From assembly GCA_016206155.1 (NCBI GenBank), contig JACQSC010000002.1, forward strand, positions 143,473 to 207,472: a stretch of DNA of 64,000 nt. Direction: 5' to 3'. Below, piece by piece: positions 9,839 to 17,896 of the stretch. The stretch's first letter is position 1. Each line of letters starts with the position of its first letter. This stretch comes from Candidatus Uhrbacteria bacterium (GTDB taxonomy: Bacteria; Patescibacteriota; Patescibacteriia; JACQRZ01). The notes beneath the pieces were generated by a model. The model had not been told where the DNA came from. It saw only the letters and a list, made by a program, of their open reading frames with translations, and made no database searches. The position numbers were made by a program, and so were the translations under genes.

Positions 9839-9868
9839 ATTAACGGTGTCAGGAATAGTTTTTATTGA
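9749..9868 (+). pseudogene. Truncated 5' duplicate of the 900-aa secreted protein gene
   Basis: MKIRIYIFIPIFFLIIVNSVEATICINGDC, then a break into site 2 and a stop after 39 codons. Confidence 0.85.
9842..9863. repeat. Cassette-boundary site 2 (AAC-GGTGTC-A-GGAATA-GTTTTT)
   Basis: Nearly identical to the site at 15435; preceded by a stuttered TGTATTAACGGTG duplication (9821 and 9836). Confidence 0.7.
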
Positions 9869-9891
9869 ACGCAGATTGAGGTGGTAATTTT

Positions 9892-12800
9892 ATGTCATTC
9901 CGCTCAAAGCGAGGAATCCCTCGTTTCACCATATTACGAATAACGCCAAAGACCACGTTTGGTTTCCTGGCGTTGTTTTTTATTGGTATTGTCATCCTAT
10001 CTTTTTTTGTTATCGGCACGGCTGCGTCCGCGGCATCGTTTTGTTTTAATAGCAAAACTCCACAAGAGCAATGTTACCCCAACCTTAAATTCATTGGTAC
10101 GGTCGGGACACGACCGGTAAAGAACACGTATCTCAAAAAGCTAGAGCCGCCAAAAAGTGATTATTGGGGGGACACACAAAGGCATTGGCCAACCTCAAAC
10201 CTTGGGGACGCAACTAAAGATCGTTACTGCAATAACAGTAAATGGGGCGGGGGAACTACAAATCAAACGTGCATTTCCCGCGCCGGCTTGGAAACTGCAA
10301 TGCCGCGACTCGAGATTGTCAATCGTGGGGCAGATAGCTCCTTGGAAAATTTTCCGATGACCCTGCGCGTCCGAGGCCAGACGAAGAAGTACTGGTATTT
10401 TCCCGCCTATTACAGTATTCTTCCTTTTAAAAACCCATATACAGGTGAAGATAAGATATACCAGTATGATGTTCGCCCCGATCTCAGCTATAATTTTAAA
10501 GACCTGAAAGGACGCAAATGTCCCTGCGCTCCAGCGACACCACCAATACTTGATGATCAATGGGGACAAGGAGATGGTTATTATACTTACCACGGCGCTC
10601 CCTTTTTTAAAGAGGAAAAAAACGGTTTCCGGAAGTGCAATTTTTTGTCAGACAAACGCGACTACTATCCTGTAGATGTGTCCGGATGGAGTCACCGCAC
10701 ATGGGAGGAGACAGAAGATCCAAACGATTGTTATTTTGAAATTGCGAGTTCATCAAACGTACCCGGTGCAAATAAAAAATTTTATTATCGTGTCAAAAAA
10801 ATTCCCGTTATTCATCTTGAAGAAATTTTCCATAATGATACGAACGCTTTTCGTAATTATGAATATTCGGTAAAACAAGAGTCAGTGGCACGAAACGAGT
10901 ATGAAAGAGTAAAGACCGAAGAAATTGAAACGCCAAAACTGATAAACAAATGGCGTATTTATTATCGATATGACTATGGAAAGGAACGGATAGATTTAGA
11001 AACAGATAATTTTGGGAAGATCGTCGCGGCACGTTATGGCAATCAAACACCTGCTGAATGCCCTTGTTCTAAAAACGGAAAAATATGTATTGTTGGAGAT
11101 GTAGTTCCATGGGATGTCTATTCTTGTTATGAAAAATATAAAGATTGGAATAAACCATGGTCACAGTTAGCGGAAGAAGATAAAAGAAAAGATCGTAGAG
11201 TGCAATCAGCAAGGAAGAGCTACTTTAAAGCCTTCGGAGAATTGCAGAAAGATTCTGGAGAATTGTTAGAACAAAATAGAGTCGCAAATATCGCGAGAGA
11301 GAAGGGGGAATACTATCCATACAAAGTATATGAACCAGGGGTCGATCCGCCAGTAAATTCCTTTGATTTTATATCCACGTATGATGGTCAATTGCTACCA
11401 ACGGCAAAACAAGCATATAAGGTAAAAAATGAACAGGAGATCTGGAATAGAAATGCGTTGAACTTTGGCTACGGTGCCATAGTAGACTTAAGGTATACGC
11501 CTACGAATTGCAATATTAACGGCCATTTCGATAACATCGAAATTGGTTGGGACAATAAAGGCAGATATACGGATTATACGCTCACGATGCACGGAAATCC
11601 CAGAAATAAGATTAGTGATATAAAGAAGAGTGCAGAAGCTAGACGTATTCAGGCAGTCGCGGTCCCGACGCAGTTAAGTCTTAGTGGCGCAGAATGTAGA
11701 CTGCAAATGACCCCTCATCTTTTTGACTTTCCTGTGACATACTATTTTTCAACAGGGGACGTGGACATGCCACCGATAAGGATTCAATCATTTAAGGTTT
11801 CCGTCGAAGGAAAAACATCCAATCCGTTAGGGGAATGCAGCGCAGACAATTACACAAAATGTCTCCCGAAAGAAAAACTGCCAAGCGGCATGGAAAGTAG
11901 TGAGGCGTTTTTTACCGATGGTCGTACTCCTTTACGTTCGAAAAGAAGCGCACCAGCCAATACAACACTTGAGATTGAAACAAAAGAGAAAGAAACATTT
12001 GCCAATGTAAACTGGAATGTCACCGGAATGGATGATGTAAATGGAATTGTGGTTACGGTGGTGAAACATACACAAGACATAAATCATAGAGTTTACGATA
12101 TCGCCAACGTTGTTCAGGGGGGGACAGGAAGTTATACATCTCAACTTAAACCTGGAGACTGTAAAACAGAAAATAATAAACAAACATGTTCATGGAATAC
12201 CTATTCATTTTTTCTTACTGCGGTCAACGACCGCGCAGTAACAGATTCCGATAGATTAAAATATAATGAAGATAACATACAATACGTTTGGGCCGCTTCG
12301 CAAAAGATTGATGTAAAAGTAAAAAAAGAGGAATTGGCTATTCCTAAGTTTAGCGTTAAGAAATCCACTGGGAAGAAAGATTCCGCGGACTTAGAATGGA
12401 AAACAACAGGCGCGGAATTTATTAGGATAGAGATGCAGTATTCGTGGGGCAGGAAGAAGTCATATCCTCAGGGTGATAAGTGGGAAGACGGAACATGGAG
12501 CAAAGATACGAACGGCTCTGTGACGATTAATGGCATCGATACAAGAGATACGGTGTTTACCCTGTTCGCCCAAGACAACGAGGGCAATACCATCACATCA
12601 AACACAGAAAAGCTTGGTGATCCAAAGGAAGTGAACATCATCGATGTTGTTATTAATGGTCTGGGACTTCGAAATAGGCTTCTGAATAGATCACTCTATG
12701 AAATTATTACTGATTCTGATTGTCCCGACATTCCCATTGTCGGAGATATTTGTAGAGCGTTATCATTCAACAATATTTGGAGAACAGTTGGAGGTCTTGT

Positions 12801-14223
12801 AACAAAGGTTATCCCAGGTCTTGGTGATTTAGTGGGAATGTTCCTTAATTTCTTGAAGGAACCGGTGGTCGCAATTTTTGGGGTTATTATGGAGATTGTT
12901 GACAATTTTGTGATTCAAAAGAATACCGTGAAGGGTGCGGCAGAAAGCATCAATGAATTCATTGGCGGCTTCTTGAGAGAGTTTATTCCAAATTTTATCG
13001 CTGGCGCCGCCGAAGGGGTATTTAATAAGTTGATGGGTGATTGTGTTGGTTCAAAAATGGGTGGATGGATCAACATTGGAGTGCAAGCGCTGTATTCAGG
13101 AGTTGGGGGATTATTGCAGTTGATTGGAAAAATTCCGCTTCTTGGTGGTGTGGGTAAGATTGGTGAAAGTATGACGTCAGCATGTCCTGTCGAAAACTCC
13201 GGATGTACGATTGGGATTTGCGCGGGACAAGACACAGGTAAAGAAATAGGAAAAACCGTGCTTGAGGATGTTATCTCCGGGCTCCTTCCGTTTGTGCCTG
13301 TTACAGGAGCGCTTGATAGCGCCAAGAAGTTTATCGAACCTATGGCGACAACAATTTTCCCTGAGTGTAAAAATACCGTTCCCAAAGAACGTCAAGATAC
13401 AGATGCGTACGCCTGTATAAGTGGTTCTTGTCAGAAAGCTGAGAGAAAAGTTGAAATTTGCGGACTTGAAGGTGGAGGTGGTGGAGCGTATCCAAACAAG
13501 GCAGCCTGTCTAGCGTCGTGTGGCATACCACCGGTTACGACAGAAGTGAAGTATTATTATAAATGCAACGATCCAAGCACGCTTACATGTGATAAACAGG
13601 AAGAGAAAACAGAGTATGAGGGAGACGCTGGACTGTATGCATGTAATTTGACATGTAAGGAAAAGAAATTTGATGAGCCGACTAAAGACTATTTTAAATG
13701 CATAAATAAGAACGAAGGTCAATGTAGAAAAGTGGAAGAAAGTACCACTTATGTGGGTCTTATAGGAAAAGCAGCGTGTGACATTACGTGTAAGAAAACA
13801 GGAGTTGGTTGTGGATGTCCTAAACATCCCGAGTATCTTACCACATCTGAAATTGGCAAGAATCCTTTAAATAGAAAGAGAGCGATTGCAAATGTTTTGA
13901 TGACAACCGTCTACGTTTCGACCGGTGGTGTATTTTGTGTACGACGGGATGCCGCATATAATTGCGCGGAAATACTAGATAAGGCAGGCAAAGCTGACGA
14001 CCTTATAAAACTGGGGCGAGACAATAATTGGGATGTGTCCCAGAAGAAAGAAAGCATTGATCGTAGTGTATTTACCGGACTGTACGAAAAAGCAAAGCTA
14101 GTTCCTGGATGCGCTGCCTTTATAGCTATTGATAGCATTAAAAATTTTAAATTGCCTCTTTGCGAACAGGAAATAACTAATGCACGGTGCGAGGCAATTA
14201 CCTCTGAAGATGACTGCAGATAG
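9892..14223 (+). CDS. Large secreted Cys-rich multidomain protein (paralog 2) with Ig-like domains, a hydrophobic helical region and YxC..C..YxxxxxCxxxC repeats
   Basis: Signal/TM segment ending ASA; ASFCF...C N-terminus; Ig-like strands; Gly/aliphatic helices at ~12720-13345; three Cys repeats at ~13405-13795. Confidence 0.7.
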   Translation: MSFRSKRGIPRFTILRITPKTTFGFLALFFIGIVILSFFVIGTAASAASFCFNSKTPQEQCYPNLKFIGTVGTRPVKNTYLKKLEPPKSDYWGDTQRHWPTSNLGDATKDRYCNNSKWGGGTTNQTCISRAGLETAMPRLEIVNRGADSSLENFPMTLRVRGQTKKYWYFPAYYSILPFKNPYTGEDKIYQYDVRPDLSYNFKDLKGRKCPCAPATPPILDDQWGQGDGYYTYHGAPFFKEEKNGFRKCNFLSDKRDYYPVDVSGWSHRTWEETEDPNDCYFEIASSSNVPGANKKFYYRVKKIPVIHLEEIFHNDTNAFRNYEYSVKQESVARNEYERVKTEEIETPKLINKWRIYYRYDYGKERIDLETDNFGKIVAARYGNQTPAECPCSKNGKICIVGDVVPWDVYSCYEKYKDWNKPWSQLAEEDKRKDRRVQSARKSYFKAFGELQKDSGELLEQNRVANIAREKGEYYPYKVYEPGVDPPVNSFDFISTYDGQLLPTAKQAYKVKNEQEIWNRNALNFGYGAIVDLRYTPTNCNINGHFDNIEIGWDNKGRYTDYTLTMHGNPRNKISDIKKSAEARRIQAVAVPTQLSLSGAECRLQMTPHLFDFPVTYYFSTGDVDMPPIRIQSFKVSVEGKTSNPLGECSADNYTKCLPKEKLPSGMESSEAFFTDGRTPLRSKRSAPANTTLEIETKEKETFANVNWNVTGMDDVNGIVVTVVKHTQDINHRVYDIANVVQGGTGSYTSQLKPGDCKTENNKQTCSWNTYSFFLTAVNDRAVTDSDRLKYNEDNIQYVWAASQKIDVKVKKEELAIPKFSVKKSTGKKDSADLEWKTTGAEFIRIEMQYSWGRKKSYPQGDKWEDGTWSKDTNGSVTINGIDTRDTVFTLFAQDNEGNTITSNTEKLGDPKEVNIIDVVINGLGLRNRLLNRSLYEIITDSDCPDIPIVGDICRALSFNNIWRTVGGLVTKVIPGLGDLVGMFLNFLKEPVVAIFGVIMEIVDNFVIQKNTVKGAAESINEFIGGFLREFIPNFIAGAAEGVFNKLMGDCVGSKMGGWINIGVQALYSGVGGLLQLIGKIPLLGGVGKIGESMTSACPVENSGCTIGICAGQDTGKEIGKTVLEDVISGLLPFVPVTGALDSAKKFIEPMATTIFPECKNTVPKERQDTDAYACISGSCQKAERKVEICGLEGGGGGAYPNKAACLASCGIPPVTTEVKYYYKCNDPSTLTCDKQEEKTEYEGDAGLYACNLTCKEKKFDEPTKDYFKCINKNEGQCRKVEESTTYVGLIGKAACDITCKKTGVGCGCPKHPEYLTTSEIGKNPLNRKRAIANVLMTTVYVSTGGVFCVRRDAAYNCAEILDKAGKADDLIKLGRDNNWDVSQKKESIDRSVFTGLYEKAKLVPGCAAFIAIDSIKNFKLPLCEQEITNARCEAITSEDDCR

Positions 14224-14240
14224 ACAGAAAGGTTTTTATT

Positions 14241-15392
14241 ATGTTAAACGAACGCGCACATAAAGAGTTGCTACCGGCAGAGCGGTATGAAAAATTTATC
14301 CTCCCCCTTGCGTTTGTATGCGGTATGTCTCTGCCTCCTGAAGCTCGCGCTGCAGAGCCGCACGCACGCGAATCGTTGCAGCCGCTTACCGCAGAACAGC
14401 TTAAAGAAGTCCGTGAATTAGAAAAAACATCTCCGCTTGCAAAAGCAATTGATGCTGTGCCCGATTCCTTAATGAGAGAAGAAGGATATGATGGGGATAT
14501 TTTGTCACGCAAAGAGCGGGCGAAGTCCCAAATCCCGATCTTGTACGATGTAAGATGGAAGGTTGGTCCGGGTGAAAAGCCGTTGTCACAACGATATCCG
14601 CTTATTAATGTAGAGATATTTACTAACGGCGCTTTTATCTATTTCAATATTCCTGATGATGCGCGATTGCACAAGTTGGGCATCACGCGAGAGGAGATGG
14701 AAGTTGTTGCATCAGAAATTAAAGAGTCAACAACGATCCTGACCGATATGCCCGCGCACCGAGTTAGTCAGCCGAAAGATTCTAACCTTATTGTTTTTTT
14801 TAGTGACAATCCTCAAGAATCCTCAAGCATTAGAGACGGAAGGGCTGTTGGTCATACTCTGTATACAGTAGGTGTGCCAATCTCGTTTTTTCCATTGGGA
14901 ACTGTATACCCAATAGAATTTATTGAGCCTGGCAGTAATGGAGGTGTTTATATTCCACTGGAATCTTATAATGATAAAATTGAAAAAATGTTATCAGGTA
15001 AGAATCTTCATGAAAAAACTCGTGAATTAATATATGATATTACGCGGCACGCATACTTCAAGGAGTTGATTTATACAGCAGAGCATGAAATATGCCATTT
15101 TCTCGGTTACGGTCATAGCAACAATAAGAAGCATATTACTTATGGCGGGCCGGGCGTGGTGAGCTCGGGTACCGTCGTATCTCTCGGAAAAAGATCTGGA
15201 AAAAAACCAGTAATTCCCGAAGGCGCTTCTCTATATACTGATAAAATGGGAAATGATTATTATTTTTTATCTGCATGGGGTGACATTCGAAAATCTCCAG
15301 TCGTTGATCTGAATTTTTTTCTACGGATATTTGCGAAACAGAATAAGGAGCGAAAACTTATGGAAGAGCGCAATCAGCAGCATATGGAGTAA
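14241..15392 (+). CDS. Exported zincin metallopeptidase (matrixin/M10-like)
   Basis: HEICHFLGYGHS matches HExxHxxGxxH; hydrophobic signal ending EARA. Confidence 0.75.
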   Translation: MLNERAHKELLPAERYEKFILPLAFVCGMSLPPEARAAEPHARESLQPLTAEQLKEVRELEKTSPLAKAIDAVPDSLMREEGYDGDILSRKERAKSQIPILYDVRWKVGPGEKPLSQRYPLINVEIFTNGAFIYFNIPDDARLHKLGITREEMEVVASEIKESTTILTDMPAHRVSQPKDSNLIVFFSDNPQESSSIRDGRAVGHTLYTVGVPISFFPLGTVYPIEFIEPGSNGGVYIPLESYNDKIEKMLSGKNLHEKTRELIYDITRHAYFKELIYTAEHEICHFLGYGHSNNKKHITYGGPGVVSSGTVVSLGKRSGKKPVIPEGASLYTDKMGNDYYFLSAWGDIRKSPVVDLNFFLRIFAKQNKERKLMEERNQQHME

Positions 15393-15427
15393 TAACGCAC
15401 GAGAAAAAGGATGCGGGAAAGCTGTGC

Positions 15428-15451
15428 AAAAAACGGTGTCAGGAATGGTTT
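15428..15451. repeat. Cassette-boundary site 3 (AAAAAAC-GGTGTC-A-GGAATG-GTTT)
   Basis: 13-bp core at 15435-15447; lies ~85 bp upstream of the Y1 transposase remnant. Confidence 0.75.
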
Positions 15452-15534
15452 ATTGCAAAAACTCCTACTTATAGGCATAGATAGGAGCATGGGTAGGGGG
15501 ATAGGAATCATTTTATGTGTGGTATGATTTTCGT

Positions 15535-15618
15535 ATGCTTCGACCACACAGAACAGATGTCGGAGATGTCGTGTATCACTTATCAATCTTGCGAACGCTC
15601 GATTGGGCAAAAACGTGA
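15535..15618 (+). pseudogene. 5' remnant of a Y1/REP-associated tyrosine transposase (RAYT, IS200-like HUH)
   Basis: MLRPHRTDVGDVVYH, then a 1-nt frameshift restores (V)INLANAR, resembling the MPRxxR....YHVxNRxNxR N-terminus. Extended -10 TGGTATGAT lies just upstream. Confidence 0.7.
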
Positions 15619-15646
15619 CCATGGGCCGTTTTTGAAATCAAATGTC

Positions 15647-15690
15647 TTGACAACGATACCGTATACCTGTATTGTATAGTTACATACAAT
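15647..15690 (+). promoter_or_regulatory. brnTA promoter with overlapping palindromic operator
   Basis: TTGACA-17-TATTGT; ATTGTAT-N6-ATACAAT inverted repeat at 15671-15690. Confidence 0.6.
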
Positions 15691-15697
15691 TATCACT

Positions 15698-16021
15698 ATG
15701 AAGCTTGGATTTAGCGCTATATCAATTGAGGGGTTTGATTGGGATACGGGGAACAGTGAAAAGAATTGGATAAAGCATCACGTCAGAAAGAATGAATGCG
15801 AGGAGGTTTTTTTCAATAAGCCGTTAAGAATTTTTGATGATCAGGTATATTCCAAGACTGAGAAACGTTTTGGGGCCCTCGGAAGAACGGATAGAGGAAG
15901 ACGGCTCACTATTATATTCACTATACGAAAAAAAATGATTCGGGTCATTTCTGCACGAGAACAAGGTCGGCACGATCGAAAAATTTATGAAGCAGTCGAG
16001 CAAAACTATTACCAATCATAA
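15698..16021 (+). CDS. brnT: BrnT family toxin
   Basis: FDWDxGNxxKNxxKHxV...E.R..ALG.T...IRVISAR motif. Confidence 0.9.
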   Translation: MKLGFSAISIEGFDWDTGNSEKNWIKHHVRKNECEEVFFNKPLRIFDDQVYSKTEKRFGALGRTDRGRRLTIIFTIRKKMIRVISAREQGRHDRKIYEAVEQNYYQS

Positions 16022-16036
16022 TCAGGACGCACCTTT

Positions 16037-16327
16037 ATGAAAGAAGGGACAAGGAGAAAAATCAAAATGCTTCCATCGTTCCGCAGTGAGGATGAGGAGC
16101 GGGAGTATTGGGATAGCCATGAATTGAGCGATGTGTTCGACGTAACACATGGCACTGATATGACATTTCCCAACCTCAGGCCATCAACGAAAAACATTAC
16201 GATCCGCGTGCCCGAATCCATGCTTTTTGCCCTGAAGGGTATTGCACGAAAAAAAGATGTGCCATATCAGTCACTTGCAAAAGTGTATCTTGACGAAAAA
16301 ATTCATGAGGAGTATTTCGTGAAATGA
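16037..16327 (+). CDS. BrnA/CopG-family antitoxin
   Basis: PSFRSEDEEREYWDSH...ITIRVP...A..K.VPYQSL RHH pattern; directly after brnT. Confidence 0.88.
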   Translation: MKEGTRRKIKMLPSFRSEDEEREYWDSHELSDVFDVTHGTDMTFPNLRPSTKNITIRVPESMLFALKGIARKKDVPYQSLAKVYLDEKIHEEYFVK

Positions 16328-16348
16328 AATAACTTCGCTTAGTGTCAC

Positions 16349-16399
16349 GGAAAATTGGGGAAAATTGGTGTCAGAAAATTGGTGTCAAGTCCGCATTTT
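16349..16399. repeat. Cassette-boundary site 4 with stuttered half-sites
   Basis: GAAAATTGGG, GAAAATTGGTGTCA, then GAAAATT-GGTGTC-A-AGTCCG-CATTTT. Confidence 0.7.
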
Positions 16400-16569
16400 C
16401 GCATTTGGAAAATGGATTCACTACGACAAGTTAAACCATATACTTTCCAGCCGCTTTTTACCGCGTCGAAGTAACGTTTTCTGCCCGCCACTTTTATCAT
16501 GAGGCAAAAAAGGTTGACACAATTTTTAACCATGGTAGAATATTGTAGTAATACATTTTTTGTCAACTT

Positions 16570-17751
16570 ATGCGTATTGACCGCTATATTCATGACGTCA
16601 TCCTTGCGGATCTTCATGAGCCAACCATGGTGTTTCTTGCAGGTCCCCGACAAGTCGGCAAGACGACACTCGCGCACATTCTCGGAGAGAAAGACTTCAC
16701 TGCTTATCAGTATTTGAACTGGGATGACAGCGACGACCAGAAGCGTATTCTCGCCCGTGATTTTGAAGCTGATGCGCGCTTACTTGTCTTTGATGAACTG
16801 CATAAATACCGCAACTGGAAAAATTATCTTAAGGGACTATACGATAAACAAAAAACTCGATTCGCCATCATCGCAACAGGCAGTGCGCGTCTTGATATGT
16901 ATCGTCGCGGCGGCGATTCGTTGATGGGGCGTTATCATCATCTTCGGCTTCATCCGTTTTCACTTGCGGAACTTGTTGGGCAGAGGTTTTCCAGCAGTCC
17001 ATTTTCAGAGCTGATGTTTCCCGTTGAAACGAGTACCATTGCCCAAGCGGCGCGCGACCTGCTCCGCTTTGGAGGTTTCCCAAAGCCATTTTTGCAAAAG
17101 AGCGATACTGCGTTGAGACGTTTTCACAACGAGCGCTTTGATCGCTTAATCAAAGAAGATATTCGTGATACCGAACGGGTGCACGACCTTTCGTTACTCC
17201 AAGAGCTCGCTGCGCTTCTTCCGGAACGGGCAAGCTGCCGCCTCTCATTAAACAATCTGCGAGAGGATCTTGGAGTTGCGCATAAGACCGTGAGCCATTG
17301 GATGGATGTGTTTGAGAGATTTTACTATCATTTTCGTATTACGCCATTCGCGATCAAAACAGCCGCCTCGCTTCGCAAGGAACCAAAACTCTATTTATGG
17401 GACTGGTCGGTGGTGGAGGATGCTGGAAATCGTTTTGAGAATATGATCGCGTCACATCTTCTTAAGTTTGTTCATTTTTTATGCGACACGCAAGGATACA
17501 AAGCGATGGTGCACTATATGCGGGATCGTGATGGACGCGAAGTTGATTTTTTGATAACGATTAATCAGAAGCCATGGTTTGCTGTTGAGGTAAAATATTC
17601 AGACACCACTATCTCGCCACATCTTTCCTATTATATGCAACGCGCTCGGATTCCATTCGGATATCAGGTTGTCGCAACGCCAGGGATTCATCGAATAAGA
17701 GATTCAATTCATGTGATAAGCGCCAGTCGTTTTCTTGCGGGGCTTGTGTAA
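16570..17751 (+). CDS. AAA_14 ATPase with DUF4143 (PD-(D/E)xK-like) domain
   Basis: GPRQVGKTT, FDE, TGSA, GGFP, KLYLWD, FEN and EVDF...EVK motifs; TTGACA-16-TAGAAT promoter at 16514-16541. Confidence 0.92.
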   Translation: MRIDRYIHDVILADLHEPTMVFLAGPRQVGKTTLAHILGEKDFTAYQYLNWDDSDDQKRILARDFEADARLLVFDELHKYRNWKNYLKGLYDKQKTRFAIIATGSARLDMYRRGGDSLMGRYHHLRLHPFSLAELVGQRFSSSPFSELMFPVETSTIAQAARDLLRFGGFPKPFLQKSDTALRRFHNERFDRLIKEDIRDTERVHDLSLLQELAALLPERASCRLSLNNLREDLGVAHKTVSHWMDVFERFYYHFRITPFAIKTAASLRKEPKLYLWDWSVVEDAGNRFENMIASHLLKFVHFLCDTQGYKAMVHYMRDRDGREVDFLITINQKPWFAVEVKYSDTTISPHLSYYMQRARIPFGYQVVATPGIHRIRDSIHVISASRFLAGLV

Positions 17752-17757
17752 GGAGGG

Positions 17758-17806
17758 AAAACGGTGAAGGAGAAACGGTGACTGTCACCGTTTTTACACC
17801 GTTTTT
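17758..17806. repeat. Cassette-boundary site 5 (perfect AAAC-GGTGAC-T-GTCACC-GTTT palindrome with stuttered half-sites)
   Basis: Core at 17777-17789; partial AAAACGGTGA before and CACCGTTTTT after. Confidence 0.85.
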
Positions 17807-17896
17807 ACACATTAACGAAGCGGAGAACTAATTCATATCATACACAGAGTTTCTGGGACATAACCGCATATTTTATTTTATCGCGCAAGAGATCTT

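Noticed and set aside
17773-17795. Sites 5 and 6 as mere Rho-independent terminators
   Set aside because: The 1-nt loop, non-palindromic sister sites with the same spacing, stuttered half-sites and coincidence with duplication breakpoints are not explained by termination, although they might also terminate transcription.
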